A stretch of 64,000 bases of DNA, taken from positions 99,386,001 through 99,450,000 of the forward strand of contig NC_043000.1 in NCBI RefSeq assembly GCF_006345805.1. Direction: 5' to 3'. Under the pieces are notes generated by a model that was given only the letters and a program-made list of their open reading frames with translations, did not search any database and had not been told where the DNA came from. Shown here piece by piece: positions 1-13,598 of this stretch. How positions within the stretch are numbered: the first letter of the stretch is position 1; every line of letters begins with the position of its first letter. The translations under genes and the position numbers were made by a program. This DNA is from Octopus sinensis (lineage: Eukaryota).

Positions 1-474
1 AATCTTGACCATTGTTGAAATAGCAGAAAAAAAAGTACTTCTGAAAGAGATATCTTCCACCTGATAACCTCAGATAATGGAACATTATTTTTGTTGCATC
101 GCAATACCGTAATGTACTGTTGGTGTAATTTGCCCAAGATTTTCACAAATCATCGAGGAATTTCTTTTGGAAAGGTTTGGATATGGCCTATGAGCAGGAA
201 TTTTCAAAGCATGAGAAAAACAATAATAATGATAATAATAACTTTTAGCTGAGTGTTTGGGGGTTTCATATTCCACCTCTCTTTGAAGGGTATCAGACAC
301 TCCGTTCCTCACCTATTTACATTTTCCTGTGGCAGAAGCCACGAAAACAATGCATTCATACAATGTTTAAGTAGCAGGAAACCTCATTCTACAAATGAAA
401 TATTTTTGCTTTGATATTTCACTAATAAATCATTGAGACATTCGTTATTATGTCATATGAAATCATATTTTATA

Positions 475-955
<481 letters not shown>

Positions 956-1314
956 TCACTCGGATTTTTCATTATAAATAAAATAAATAATTCAGACATT
1001 CGGACATTATCATTACATAAGTAAATCAGTTAACATTCAAACTTTCATTTGATTCATGTTTAATGACGGTTTAATGTACGAAGATTAACAGACATTGCCT
1101 GTGAAATTAGTTTCAATTTGTGATCACAAGAATGCTAGAACTGGCATTCCGTCGGTTACGACGATGAATCTTCCAGTTGATGCGATCAACGGAACAGATT
1201 GTTCGTGAAATTAACGTGCAAGAGGTTGAGCGCTCTATAAACACGGGTACCCTTAATGTAGTTCCCAAGGAGATTCGGCGTGACATAAAATGCGATAAGG
1301 CTGGCTCTTCGAAT

Positions 1315-1611
1315 TATATAGGCTTCTCCAGAAAGAGGAAAGCTAATTCGAAAGCTACAGATCCACTCGTTCACTGGAACTGTAAAAATCTGTAAAACTT
1401 TCCAGAAGTTTATCATTTAAATATATATGGGCATGTCTAGATTTGTAACTCTATACATGAGAATACATACATAAAACATACAAATCTTCACATACATACA
1501 TACATACATACATACATACATACATACATACATACAAACAAAAACACCCTGTTGTTGATGTTGACATTCCAATGAAGGAACCTTGGATCTGGGTTAGAAA
1601 CCGGTTCTTTC
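1315..1611 (+). mobile_element. 3' end of an R4/Dong-like RLE non-LTR retrotransposon
   Basis: KLIRKLQIHSFTGTVKICKTFQKFII* (stop 1418-1420), then a 3'UTR with internal (ATAC)n; homologous to 32812-33102 and 47591-47703. Confidence 0.7.
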
Positions 1612-1646
1612 AATATTGTAAAAAAAATGATTTCCAACTTTTTGGG

Positions 1647-3517
1647 CTATTTGAAGGTTATTAGAATTGTACTTGCAGATAGTAGAGCCACTTCATCATC
1701 AATACTATAAACTAACGTGGAACCATATACAATCTCTGAAATACTCTCTATAATTTGTTCTTCCTTAGGAGCTTCGTCAGTTGTTAATTCTGCAATATCA
1801 ATTGTTAATTCTTCAAAACCTTCTCTGCCAATCTGATGTGACAAAGTGATGATATCAGAATGTAATTCGTTCGTATATATATTAGATACGAGATCACCAG
1901 CATGCATTTTGGGTAGATGGCTTTAATTTGGATAAAGCCAGTGCAGCATATTTAACACAATTAATTATAGTAAATTTTTTCCATGCTTAAATGATTGAAA
2001 GTGCACCATCTTTTTCTAGTTCATCTAAAATATATTCAAATGTTCGCTGTATATATGATTTGAACGTTGAAATTATACCCTGGTCAAGCAGTTCAATCAG
2101 AGATGTTGTATTAGGTGGCAAGAATACGACTTTTAGATTCGGGTGTTCCAAATTTGGACGATCGGGTGCATTGTCTATAAGCAAAAGGACTTTAAACTCA
2201 AGACCTTTATCTTCCATATATCTTCTTGCTTCAGGAACGAAGCTGTTTGTTAAACCATTCAGTAAATATTTCTGCTGTCATCCATGATTTTTTTATTGGC
2301 TCTCAAATGAACTGGTAATTTACTTAAGTCTACGCCTCTCATTGCACGCGGACGAACTGATCGATTAATCAATAACTGTTTTAACAAACAATCTCCTGAA
2401 GCGTTGCTACATAACAAGAACGTTAGACGGTCTTTAGTTGCCTTAAAACTACTGGCCCTTTTCTCTGATTTTGCTATATACGTTCTGTTTGGGATTTTTT
2501 TTTTTCAAAAGAAACCAGCTTCATCTCCGTTGAAATCTTGGTCTGAAATGTAACCGTCTTCTTCAATTATTTTGGCTAGTTTGGGAAGAAATTCTTTAGC
2601 AGCAGTCTTATCTGCCGATAAAATTTCACCTGTCATTTTTATATTATGCAGTGCGTATCTTTCGAGGAATTTTCTAAGCCATCTCGTATTTGCAGCAAAT
2701 TCATTCTTCTTTTTATCACTAGACAGATGTAACGCACTTGATGACTCCAGATCATTAATCATTTTGTAAAATCGTAATGCCATCTGTTTTATGGTTTTAC
2801 CATCTACTGGTATCATTTTTTGATTGTTTTCTTCTATCCATATTATTAAAGCTTTCTCCAATTTTCTTGAATCATGTCTCTTGTATATGACCTCGACTTA
2901 GCACATAATTTTATTCCAGAAGCTACAGATCTTCTAATGGCAGCATCATTCCTTTGATCGTTCTTATCGTAGCTTCGTTCAGGCAGAAAGCTTTACCCAA
3001 GGACGCTGCAAAATATTGGTCTTGGTCTCCAAAGAAATTGATGCTCTTTTATTTTCCTTAGATGTATCAACCGACATTTTGGGGTAGGTTATCACTATCA
3101 CGATCGCAAATAAAGAATATAGCAGAGGATAAAACACGCGACACGTCTTTCGTATTAGACCTGATGATAACGACTGCCGCCGCGAGCCGTCTGATGGAGC
3201 GGTTACACGCCACCAGAGGTATGCACAGTGCATAGGTCCCGCGCACACCGAAGAGTGGTGGATCACTATACGGAAAAAATAGATTGCATTCTATTTTACT
3301 TCGTTAAATTGTTGCTTAATCATGTTACGTAGAGTTTCGGCGTTTTGTAAAATACAATTGAATGATGTTACTTAATCGTTTACTTGCAACTTGCAATAAA
3401 TTCGGTGGTCACACAAGGACAGATGTTTAGACCGTCTTAAAGTTTTTAAAAAAATAGTGCAAGAAAATAATCGGTTCGTTCTTGTTGAACCGTGTTATTT
3501 CAAAACCGTGCAAAAAG
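1647..3517 (-). mobile_element. Tigger/pogo-family DNA transposon relic (HTH_psq, CENP-B HTH, DDE_1)
   Basis: ATG at 3077; ISLETK; EKALIIWIE..WLRKF..GE..SAD..FNGDEAGFF; VLLLIDNAP..VVFLPPNTTSLI..DQGII. Many stops and shifts; terminal TIR bases not found. Confidence 0.88.
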
Positions 3518-3616
3518 AATATGTGGAAAAAGAGAATTGAGTGTGTGTGTGTGTATATATATATTATATATATAATATATATATATATATATAAGGGAGA
3601 TCATTCCGGCATCCGC

Positions 3617-3650
<34 letters not shown>

Positions 3651-4164
3651 GATGGGCACGAATAGCACGAAACCGTTCGGTGTAGGGATCCCATCATCTA
3701 CTAGAAGATTGTAGGGGTTCGCACCCCTGTTTGCAATATATACCGGATGCAGATTGTACCGATAACCAGTTGGCGGAAGCTCAGCCTGGGGTTAAACGGT
3801 AGTAACGTTGAGCAGCCGTATTGTTGTGGCGATAAACATTTTATACTCGCACACACACACACACACACACAATTACACTGTCTCACATATACAGAAACAT
3901 TATGAATATACCGGCGTATACGCAGATATACGTACAGATATACGCTCGCAGACTCGGACACACCAGAGACAGGATATAAGTACCAGCTGAATACTGGAGT
4001 CGATGTGATTGACTTACCCCTTCCGCGAAATTGCTGGCTTTGTGCCAAAATTTGAAACCATCATCATCGTCGTCATTATCATCATCATCATCATCATCAT
4101 AATCATCATCATCATCTTCATCATTATTATTATTATTATTATTATATTATTATTATTATTAGGA

Positions 4165-4375
4165 CATTGGCCAAAACGCTTAGCGGTATTTCGTCCGTTT
4201 TCACGTTCTGAGTTCAAATTCTGCCGAATCGACTTTGCCTTTCATCCTTTCGAGATCGATAAAAATAAGCTGAGCAACTGGAGCCGACGTAATCGACTAG
4301 CCGCCTCCCATAAAATTTCAGACTTTGTGCCTATAAATAGAAAAGATTATTATTATTATTATTAATATTATTATT
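4165..4375 (+). mobile_element. SINE family B (5'-truncated) with (ATT)n tail
   Basis: Central block and AAAAGATTATTATT tail. Other copies at 9688-9909, 11153-11372 and 38636-38842. Confidence 0.75.
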
Positions 4376-6215
4376 ATTATTATTATTGATATCTATAGAC
4401 AGGACAATCACTTGACTTATTCCCCTATGATGTTTTCCAATTCCCTTTGATATTTTTCAATTACCCCAAGCTAAAACAGATTCATGTCTGGACAATGACT
4501 ATTATATTATTTTACTCATTATTCCGTTAAGACAACAACAACAACAACAACAACAACCGAATAACACATAATTTACTTATGTTCCGTCCTGTCCAAGCTA
4601 TTTATTTATTGATATGTATTGACAGGACAATTGTTTGACTTATCCTTTATCAAATTTTTTTCAATTCACTTTGATCTTCTTCATTTACACAAGCTTAACT
4701 CGATTCATACGTCTCGACAATTGTGTTTCACACACACACACACAGACACACACTCACACAATTTGAATTACCCAATGATAACTAGGGTCATGCAGGTTAA
4801 GAGCAATTTATTTGGGTCAATCGCAGGCTAATGTAGTCATAATAAAAACAAACCATAAAAAAAATAACCGCTTGTTTCAAACTATCTATTATTTATTTAT
4901 TTATTTATTTAATTATTTACTTACTTATGTATTAATTTATTTCAGAAGTTTATTTATACAGTTAAAAACGAAATACAATCACACTGGAATCTGTACTTTA
5001 ATGAGACTGTTGAAGTTTTGATTCCGGTGTAATTAAAGACTTGTGACGGCGTGTGGCTTAATATTTCGGGTGTTGCGCTCATGATCGTAGGATGATGATT
5101 TCGATTCCCAGAGCGGGTGGTACGTTGTGTTCTTGAGAAGAAAAAAAACCCCTTTCATTTCATGTTAGTCTACGATCATTCTGACGTGTGGCGCCTGCGC
5201 AGGAGACGTCGACTTCATGGAGGGAGTGAGCAGATGTACAACACAAACATTTGATGACTATAAACTAATTATCTTTCTCGGTCTCCTGAGAAGGGGAGAA
5301 AATATTGAAATGGCAAGATTGACTTGAATAAATCGAATTGGCAGAGCTGCTAGATCGCTGAATGGAATACGGTATTTTTTCCGAATCTCTACGTTCTGAA
5401 TTTAAATTTCTACTAGATCAACTTTGCCTTTCAGACTTTCAGTGTCGACAGAAAAACAGCCTCAATCCAGAGAGGCGGATTGCAGGTACTATTTGAGTTG
5501 TTTTGTTTTTGTTTTTTGTTTTTTGGGTTGTTTTTTTTTCGCATTCTAACAATGACGACATTGGTTCCAGGCTGTGCCCTTTCTCTCATTATTGGCGTAA
5601 AGACAGGAGGCATATAAGCATGGGAAACAAGTAATCCTCCTCAGTCTTATTCAGATCTGCGCATACATATGAAGATACATGATCAGCATATCCAATTTTT
5701 CCCTTTTACAACTTGATTGTAGATATCCGGTTTAATTTTTCCCTATTACCTCACTTGTTTTTCCTTGTTGAATTTTAGTAATAACTTTTCTGATGTCCTT
5801 CCTAAAAATTATTCACACTGATGAGAATGACAATGCATAACTCTAATTATAATTATTATTATAATAATTTTTTCTTAAATATTTGTATTGACTTTTGAAA
5901 CGTGCGTATGTATTGAATTCAATTTTGATTTTAACATATTTTCTCCATTTTTACACTTGTTTATGGTATCTTTATACCTATAACGAATTTTTTTCAATTA
6001 TATATATATATATATATAGGGCCGCCATTGGATATGTTGATCGTGTATTTTCATATGTGAGTGTGTGTGTGTGTGTGTGTATAAAAGAACAAAGTGTACG
6101 TACGCCGCTGACCTTCGTGCACGCACATATCCACACTTACACACACATACCTCCTCTTGCACTCTCCTGTCTTTGAAAGAACTTTTCTTCACCCATTTCC
6201 TTCCGGTCATTCAAA

Positions 6216-6410
6216 ATGTGACCGCGTGTGTACCGTTGGCGATTTTTTTCCTACGTCTTCCCTTCTCTGGATTTTTCCTTTTCCTATGTTTCTGATGAAG
6301 ATCTCCGCTCGAAACGTTGAACCCTCCTTCTTCCCTTCTTTCCTGAGCGTCCAATAATACTATATTTGTTCCACGTCCTCGCGTTGTTGTGTTTTCATGT
6401 TTGGATTAAC
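6216..6410 (+). mobile_element. PLE-type pseudo-LTR fragment with a minimal hammerhead motif, ending in (TA)n
   Basis: GTTT-CTGATGA-AGATCTCCGCTC-GAAACGTT-GAAC at 6288-6322; 3' end GGATTAAC abuts (TA)n; homologous copy at 56877-57063. Confidence 0.65.
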
Positions 6411-6477
6411 TATATATATATATATATATTATATATATATATATTATATATATACATATATATATATAATACAAAAT

Positions 6478-6630
6478 GGGACAAGAACGCAAAACATCCG
6501 GACAACTAGGTGATACAGAAAGGGACAACAAAACATCCAGATGGACGATACAAAAAAACAAGGACGGGTCATTCGAAGCTTTCAATCCTCAGTCAAGAAC
6601 CAGATCATCCTCGCAATTTCGGCTGATTCT
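6478..6630. repeat. Interspersed repeat next to (TA)n, unclassified (second copy ~57910-58130)
   Basis: GGACAAGAACGCAAAACAT..CATTCGAAGC(T/C)TTCAATC(C/T)TCAGTCAAGAACC(A/G)GATCATCCTCGCAATTTCGGCT occurs at both loci. Confidence 0.6.
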
Positions 6631-7044
6631 ATTTCTATCCTACTAAATCTTGTACATGTTGACGCATGGAAGATTCAGTCAGAATGTGTAGAGAGCACTG
6701 TATGGGAAGAGTATATAAATGTAGGAAGAAATAAATATTGGAAGAAGGGGAAAAGTGGAGAAAAAGAAGAAAATATAAAGGAGTGAGAGGAATTTAAGCA
6801 AGGTCAATTGACTGGTACTGTTTTGGTTGAATCGCAGAATTTAGTAAGGGGATTAGTATTTGAAGAAAAGATAATTTGGAAGGAATAGGGTGGGGAAATA
6901 TTTTTGATCAAGGGGGGAGAAAGAAAGTGTAAATGAATAAAGCAAGATAGAGAGAGGAATTTAAGAACGAATTCATGGTGGCATTCAAAGGGCTTTTGGG
7001 GCCGAATCACAAAATTAACAGGGGAGTGGTATTAGAATATATAT

Positions 7045-7105
<61 letters not shown>

Positions 7106-7641
7106 CATACATACTACATACATACATATATACATACATACATACATACATACATACATACATACATACATACATACATACATACATTTTATGTATGTAT
7201 GTATGTATGTATGTATATACACATATATATATGGAGGGAAGAGGGTGGGGAAAAGTATTTGGTCAAGGGGAGAAAGAAAATATATATGCATTAAGAAAGT
7301 AAGAAAGAGAGGGGAAGAATTGTGATGGCGACTATAAGTCTTTTCAGTAGAGGAATGTATGGTCAGCGTATTTACAATATGAAGTGGTGGAGGTGTATGT
7401 TGGCGTATGTACTTGTAAGTTTTCGGAGGGGAGGGTAGGAGAGGGTGAGGCAGTTGAAATAAAAGAAAGAAAAAAGAAAAAGTTTTTAAATGGTAACGAA
7501 AACTACGGATAGAAGTGAGTAATTGACAATAAAAGAATTAAAGGAGAGATATATTGTTGGTTTAATATATAGAGGTGGTGAGGGTGGATAAGAGGAAAAA
7601 TTTATGAAGAATAGAGGGAAAAGAACGGGGTGAGGTTGTAA

Positions 7642-8260
7642 TTATTTGTATTTTGAGAATAGGACTGGTGACCAATGTTTGCAGGTGAATAGTATACAGC
7701 TGCATTCATTAAGACAATCCGTGGATTGCAGAATAGCCAAGATCTCGGCTATGCAGAGATTACACTTGTTATTATAGCTGCTGCAAGGCTTGACGTGGGT
7801 GACTATGGACCACTTGAGAGTGTAAGGAGTTGAATCAATCGTTAGTTTACTGATAAGTTGAGATAACGATGTACTGTTGGATTTTGTTTGGGACTTGAAG
7901 TTGGAGTAGTGGTTGTTTACTCAGGCTTTGAAGGTGGTGCTACATGAGCCGATATAAATGTAGTTACAGTTGGCAGTTGATACTGTACACTTATAAACTA
8001 TGTTTTTCGTGAGACAGCAGTTATGTAAAGGACAGGAGGTTGGGTGTCTGAAGCTGCATAGGTTTGTAGGGGGTATTCCGGATGGATTTGTGAAGGGATT
8101 GCGATTTAGTGGGGAATCGGTGTTAGGTTTGTTATTATTGCTGGCGTTAAGATTAGTATTTGTTAAGGAGTTGAGGGTTGTGTTGTGGGGTTGTATAATA
8201 TGATAGTTATTGTGTCTGATGGCATTTTCTGTGTTGTTCTTTTTTTATATGAGGTATAGT
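7642..8260 (-). pseudogene. Decayed PLE 3' fragment: linker + GIY-YIG endonuclease (not in the ORF track)
   Basis: Hand translation in one frame: AIRHNNYHII..CSFRHPTSCPLHNCCLTKNIVYKCTV..YIYIGSCSTTFKA*VNNHYSNF..TSLSQLI..LKWSIV..KCNLCIAE..FTCKHW, TAA at 7644-7642. The single internal stop (TGA, 7923-7921) sits at the catalytic Arg position. Confidence 0.85.
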
Positions 8261-8512
8261 TGGGCGCTGTGGTAAATTTAAGTATCGGGTGTTAGCAGTG
8301 GAATTATAGTCGGAGTTATGAGGGTTTGTGTTGTTAAGGGGGGTCTATTGTTGCTTTCAGTTTATATGTTTGGTGCTGGGGGTTATGTTGGGTTAATATA
8401 TTAGGGTGGAGATGACTTAAATGCATTTGCAAGAGGTATTTGGTGCGCTGGCACTTCTCAAACTTTGTGTATGTGTCTGTGTGTGTGTGTCTGTGTGTGT
8501 GTGTCTGTATGT

Positions 8513-8567
<55 letters not shown>

Positions 8568-8629
8568 CGTGCGTGTGTAACTTAAATGCATTTGCAAAAG
8601 GTATTTGGTAGACAGATTCTTTGTCGAAC

Positions 8630-9000
8630 AAGGCGGCGAGCTGGCAGAAACATTACCACACCGGGCGAAATGCGTAGCCGTATTTCGTCTGCCGTTACGT
8701 TCTGAGTTCAAATTCCGCCGAGGTCGACTTTGCCTTTCATCTTTTTGGGGTCGATAAATTAAGTACCAGTTACACACTGGGGTCGATGTAATTGACTTAA
8801 TCCGTTTGTCTGTACTTGTTTGTCCCCTCTGTGTTTAGCCCCTTGTGGGTAGTAAAGAAATAGGTATTTCGTCTGCTGCTACGTTCTGAGTTCAAATTCC
8901 GCCGAGGTCGACTTTGACTTTCATCCTTTCGGGATCGATTAAATAAGTACCAGTTACGCACTGGGGTCGATATAATCGACTTAATCCGTTTGTCTGTCCT
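8630..9000 (+). mobile_element. SINE family B, head-to-tail dimer
   Basis: tRNA-like head AAGGCGGCGAGCTGGCAGAA..GAGTTCAAATTCC; central GTCGACTTTGCCTTTCATCCTTTCGGGGTCGATAAA..AAGTACCAG block present twice; junction GTAAAGAAATA|GGTATTTCGTC at 8862/8863. Confidence 0.85.
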
Positions 9001-9112
9001 AGTGTCAGTCAAGTTATCGGACGGCATGCATCTACTGTAAGAAGCCCTGTCAAACTAAGTGGAGTGCTTAGAAGTATACATCAATTAGTTCCCAAACCAT
9101 TGTAAACCAGTA

Positions 9113-9376
9113 CAGTCGAGGCCAAAAGTTTGGAACATTTTTAAAAAAATTAAAATTGTTATCCCCAAGTACAATTCGGTTCAAATGTAGACATCGTAGA
9201 AATATACTTACCTAATAATTGGTCCCATGTTCCAATATCTAGAAGAAAAATGTTCAGACCTATGATCTAAAGTTTTGGCCAAGTAATAATAATATTGCAA
9301 ATTAGATATAACTTTGGGCATTTAATATAAAAATTCTAATTATTAAACTTACGTTGCCAACTTTTCGCCACGACTG
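9113..9376. mobile_element. Tc1-type MITE, 264 bp, TA TSD
   Basis: TA|CAGTCGAGGCCAAAAGTTTGGAAC ... GTTGCCAACTTTTCGCCACGACTG|TA; imperfect 24-bp TIRs. Confidence 0.8.
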
Positions 9377-9469
9377 TAGATCTATCAATCAAGAGGGAAT
9401 TACATAAAATTCCTGTTATCCACAACTTTGACAAGTCACAGACCTTTGCCAAAGTTTGTGCCACCATCG

Positions 9470-10480
9470 AAACACTAGCAATGACCTAGAAGGAAGGCGG
9501 TTACGTCTGCACAAGAGTACTTCATCACTACATGACAAAATCATGAAGCCAAGAGTATATATGCCCCAACATTGAAGGATTCTGATATCGTCACCATTAA
9601 CAAAAACAAGATATATCACTATTGTCCCCTGCTGGGAAGGTTCTATCCAAAATCTTTTTACTTGTCCAATTTATATTTGAACATATCAAAGGCGGCGCAC
9701 TGACTGAATCGCTAGCACACAGAGCAAAATGCTTAGCGGCATTTCGTCCGTCCTTACGTTCTCAGTTCAAAAGCCGCCGAGGTCAACTTTGCCTTTCATC
9801 CTTTCGGGCTTGATAAAATAAGTACCAGTTGAACTCTGGGGTTAATTTAATCGACTAAACCCCTCCCTCAAAATTGCTGGCGTTGTGCCAACATTTGAAA
9901 TCAATACTAGAACATATTCCATCAGATTTTCAGTGCACTTTCCGCGGATATCGAGGTACCGTTGGCATGAACTTCCATACGCGGAAGCTTCAGGAGAAAT
10001 GCGAGGAGATTCGTGGCATTTGCAGATCTGTCGGAGAAGTTATTGTTGGTGCCCTTCGCTGACAAGGCTGCATACTGGATTCTGTATGTAACCTAGAGGG
10101 CAAAGATTCTTCTCAATATTAGGTTTCGAATCAACACGAAGCTCAGATTTGAGCAGGTGATTACGTTATAGTAATTCTGACCACTGTACTCTAGTAGATC
10201 ATATTCTGGAATCCCTAAAAGGGCAGTCTGTGTTTCAATTTTCTTGAACAGCGAGAAATGGACTACATACAGCCAACACATTAAGACCCAGGTGGTCTTT
10301 AAAATCCAGTGTATCCATAAGATATTTCCAGTTTACCTCTTTTATAGGTTTACAGACACAATGTGCATCCGTCGAATCAATACCAACAGCATTGAATCAA
10401 CTCTGTACAGGCATCACTTGAGACGACTTGGGCATTTAGTGATATCTGACACGCGTTTCCCTCATAGGACCCTCTATGTG
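9470..10480 (+). mobile_element. RTE-clade LINE relic with internal deletion, interrupted by a SINE
   Basis: KDSDIVTI..ISLLSPAGKVLSKI; FQCTFRGYRGT..RKLQEKC; SIESTLYRHHLRRLGHL. The nested SINE at 9688-9909 has TSD GAACATAT. Confidence 0.7.
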
Positions 10481-11668
10481 GCCAACTACATATATAAACA
10501 CACGCATACACACACACACACTCACACATACACACATATTTATATGCAGTTATGTGTATTTATGTATAATTGTATATATATATATATATACCTACCTACA
10601 TACATACACATGCGTATGCATATGCATACATGCGTACATCATATATAAATACAGCTACAGATACACACTCACACACACATACACACATACATACACACAC
10701 ACACGCGCATACATAGATATATTTGACCAGTTACTTTGCATAGGCAAATGAAGTCAATTTCGGTTAATTGCGCAATATTCTTTCCCGATATTTTGAATTT
10801 TTCTTTTTTTATAATTCTTGAAATCTGGCATGAAATTGAACAGTTATTTGACCATGGAATCATTTTTTCACGAAGAGTCAAAATGAGAGTGGTCTCTAAG
10901 TCATTTCCTGTTTACAAACAACGGAACAAACGGAGTGGAGTTATGCTTCACATTTCAATAAGTTGAGATTATCAAAGTTAGGATCCAAAGAGAAGGGGGA
11001 ATGAATGAAAGAGAAAGACGGATGAATGATTGAGGAAGTGAGACTGTGAGAGGGAGACAGGGAAAGAGAAAATAAAAAAGAGAGGTGAGTGAATAAGCAT
11101 AACTTTTCTTTTAATGGTGATGATATCGAAGTTTAATATATGAAAGATCGAGAAGGCGGCCAGCTGACAGAATCATTAGCATGCCGGCGGACAAAATGCC
11201 TTATAGAAGTTCGTCCGTCATTACGTTCTGAGTTCAAATTTCGCCGAGGTCGACTTAGCTCTTCATTCTTTTGGGATCGATAAAATAGAGTACCAATTGA
11301 ACAATGCGGTCGATGTAATCGACATACCCCTCCCCCAAAATTAGTGTGCCAAAAGTTAAAATCAATATTAAAAAAATCGGGAGAGTAATATATAAATATG
11401 GGTACATATATATATTTATATACTAACAGATTACGTAAGATTACGTAAGTCTCAACTGCTAGTAGTGGAGATACCAACTTTCTACTTTGATAACTCTCCA
11501 ACCCATGCCAGCATGGGACATAGACGCTAAGTGAAATCTTAAAAGAAAGTTTTCAACTCATAGATGTATATATAAAGTAAATACACGTAATTCAAAAACA
11601 CGTTTTGTGTAGCTTATTTCGTAATAAATAAATAAAACAGGTACAGATCGTAAACAATGTAAGGCCGA

Positions 11669-12948
11669 TTTTGGTGTCTCATTTGACAGAGGTAGTAGAG
11701 AGCCAATCCAATGATAAATCTGACCTTGGATCTTGAAAGTTTGCATGAATCCCGGCTCAGTTAAATCTCTTGTGGTTTTAAATGATGTCAGCTGTAGTGC
11801 AGCGTTGTATTGTATAATTTTGTTTTGTAAGTGGTCGAAATCTTGGCCGGTTGATGACAAAAGTTTCGTCAATGGCTCAGGAGTTTAGGGGATTGCAGGG
11901 AGTTTAACCTTTCCACTGCAGCACAGTGCAGGTGTTTCTCCGGGCCACTTCCTTGCTTTACAATGTATGCACTCAGTTGTCATTGCACCAATGGAAACTC
12001 TAGTGTCATCTGCATGATGGACTGCTGGATCATAACTGAAAGCTGATTCATAGAATTTGCTTCTCTGAGCTGTTGCAACTGCTCTTCGTTCTGCAGTGGA
12101 GATCTTATTCCTTGTTAGCCGTGCATACCTCTGTTCATCACTTTGAGATGCTCTGGCTTTCGTAGTGCACAATCTGTTCGCTTCTTGGCGTGCTTCTCTT
12201 TCTGCAGCTGTCTCTCTTTCCCTGGACAGATCATATTCTTTTGGCTGACCTTGACATTGTAGACAAATTTGACACTTTTCTTCTTGGCATGGTTATATAT
12301 GTATACAGAAATACACGGGTGCAGAAGATAATAAACAATGAAAATAACTAGGTAACGGACATTATATTTCTTAATACGACGGGCAGAAAGCAAATACGAA
12401 TGTTTTACGGAAAATAAAGAATTGTATGGGTTGAAGTGAAATTTGTCAGTGAACCAAAGAGCCAGTATCGAAGGAAGCAGAAAAAGGCCGTTAACAACAT
12501 AAAAACACAAAACTGTTGCAAAAGTAAATAAGAAATTTTTAAGGAAATTAGCTAAGTGTACGGATTTAAGTGAAATTTTTGAAGTTACTTCTCTCAGTAA
12601 ATTATAAACTTACTTTTATTAGTAATTCCATAAAAAAAAGTGTTGCAAAAGTAGATAAGAAATTTGTAGGCAAAATTTCACAAAGTGTACGGATTGAAGT
12701 GAAATTTATGAAATTACTTCTGTCAGTAAATTATGTATGAAATTACTTTCACCAGTAATTGTGAGCTGCTTTCTGTCAGTAATTTGTCGTTGTCGTTTAT
12801 AAACAGCGACTGAAAACTTACAGCGAAAACAACAGCGATTGAACTGAAAGTGAAAACAATAGAGAGTGAGTGGGTAATAGAGAGAGGGGAGAGAGCGAGC
12901 GCTAGCTAGTTATACATATAAGATAGATATAGACAGATAGAGATAGAT

Positions 12949-13019
<71 letters not shown>

Positions 13020-13456
13020 TGGGTAGAGAGATATAGATAAAGAAATATAGAGAGATAGAGATGGATAGTGAGAGATATGGTTAGAGAGATGTAGACGTCA
13101 CTGACGCGAGAAAACGGAAGTAAATTTTTTTTAAACTTTCAAAGACGTGAATCTAAGATAAAAGCAATATCTTTTCTTTTTATAACCAATGAATGTAAGG
13201 GAGACAATCAATTTCTGAAAGTGACTTCACAAATAGTTCACTCCCTTCACCACGTAACTCAGGAACAGGTCTTTTCTACCCCCAGGCAGCCCGTTACTCA
13301 TTATGTGAAAAATTTTAAGAGTCTAAAACCATCCTTGGAATATAAGTAATGTATGTTCCCAGTTTGAAGAAAATCAGTTGAAAAATACGGCATTTATAAT
13401 CTTTTACACACACAGAGACAGAACGGGATTTACAGTATATATATATATATATATGA
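11669..13456 (-). mobile_element. Helitron deletion derivative: 5' end, subterminal repeats, (GATA)n and N-terminal RepHel fragment
   Basis: ATG at 12290 MPRRKVSNLS.., EREARQEANRL repeats, IGAMTTECIHCKARKWPGETPALCCSGKVKLP, YNAALQLTSF..FKIQGQIYHWIGSLLP; homology stops near 11669. TC(TA)n 5'-end pattern near 13456. No Rep/helicase core or canonical 3' CTRR hairpin seen. Confidence 0.8.
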
Positions 13457-13598
13457 AACGCAGAGTAGACGAAACAGGGACAACTGAAGAAGGGGAATAT
13501 TCCTTGTGTTGTATGTCTTGTACTCTGTTTTTCTTTGTTTGAAAAAAGTTCGTTTCCATGTTTTTGTTTTTATGTTTTCGGTTTTCATTGTGTTTTTT

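Noticed and set aside
3649-3700. Hammerhead-like TGATGG-GCACGAATAGCAC-GAAACCGTTCGGT next to (TA)n
   Set aside because: Needs at least four substitutions for core and stem II, has G at the cleavage position and no clear stem I.
6560-6600. CTGAGGA/CTGAAGA motifs here and at ~7330-7350, ~13475, ~29540 and ~57980
   Set aside because: No correctly placed GAAA and stems; cannot be folded as hammerheads by eye.
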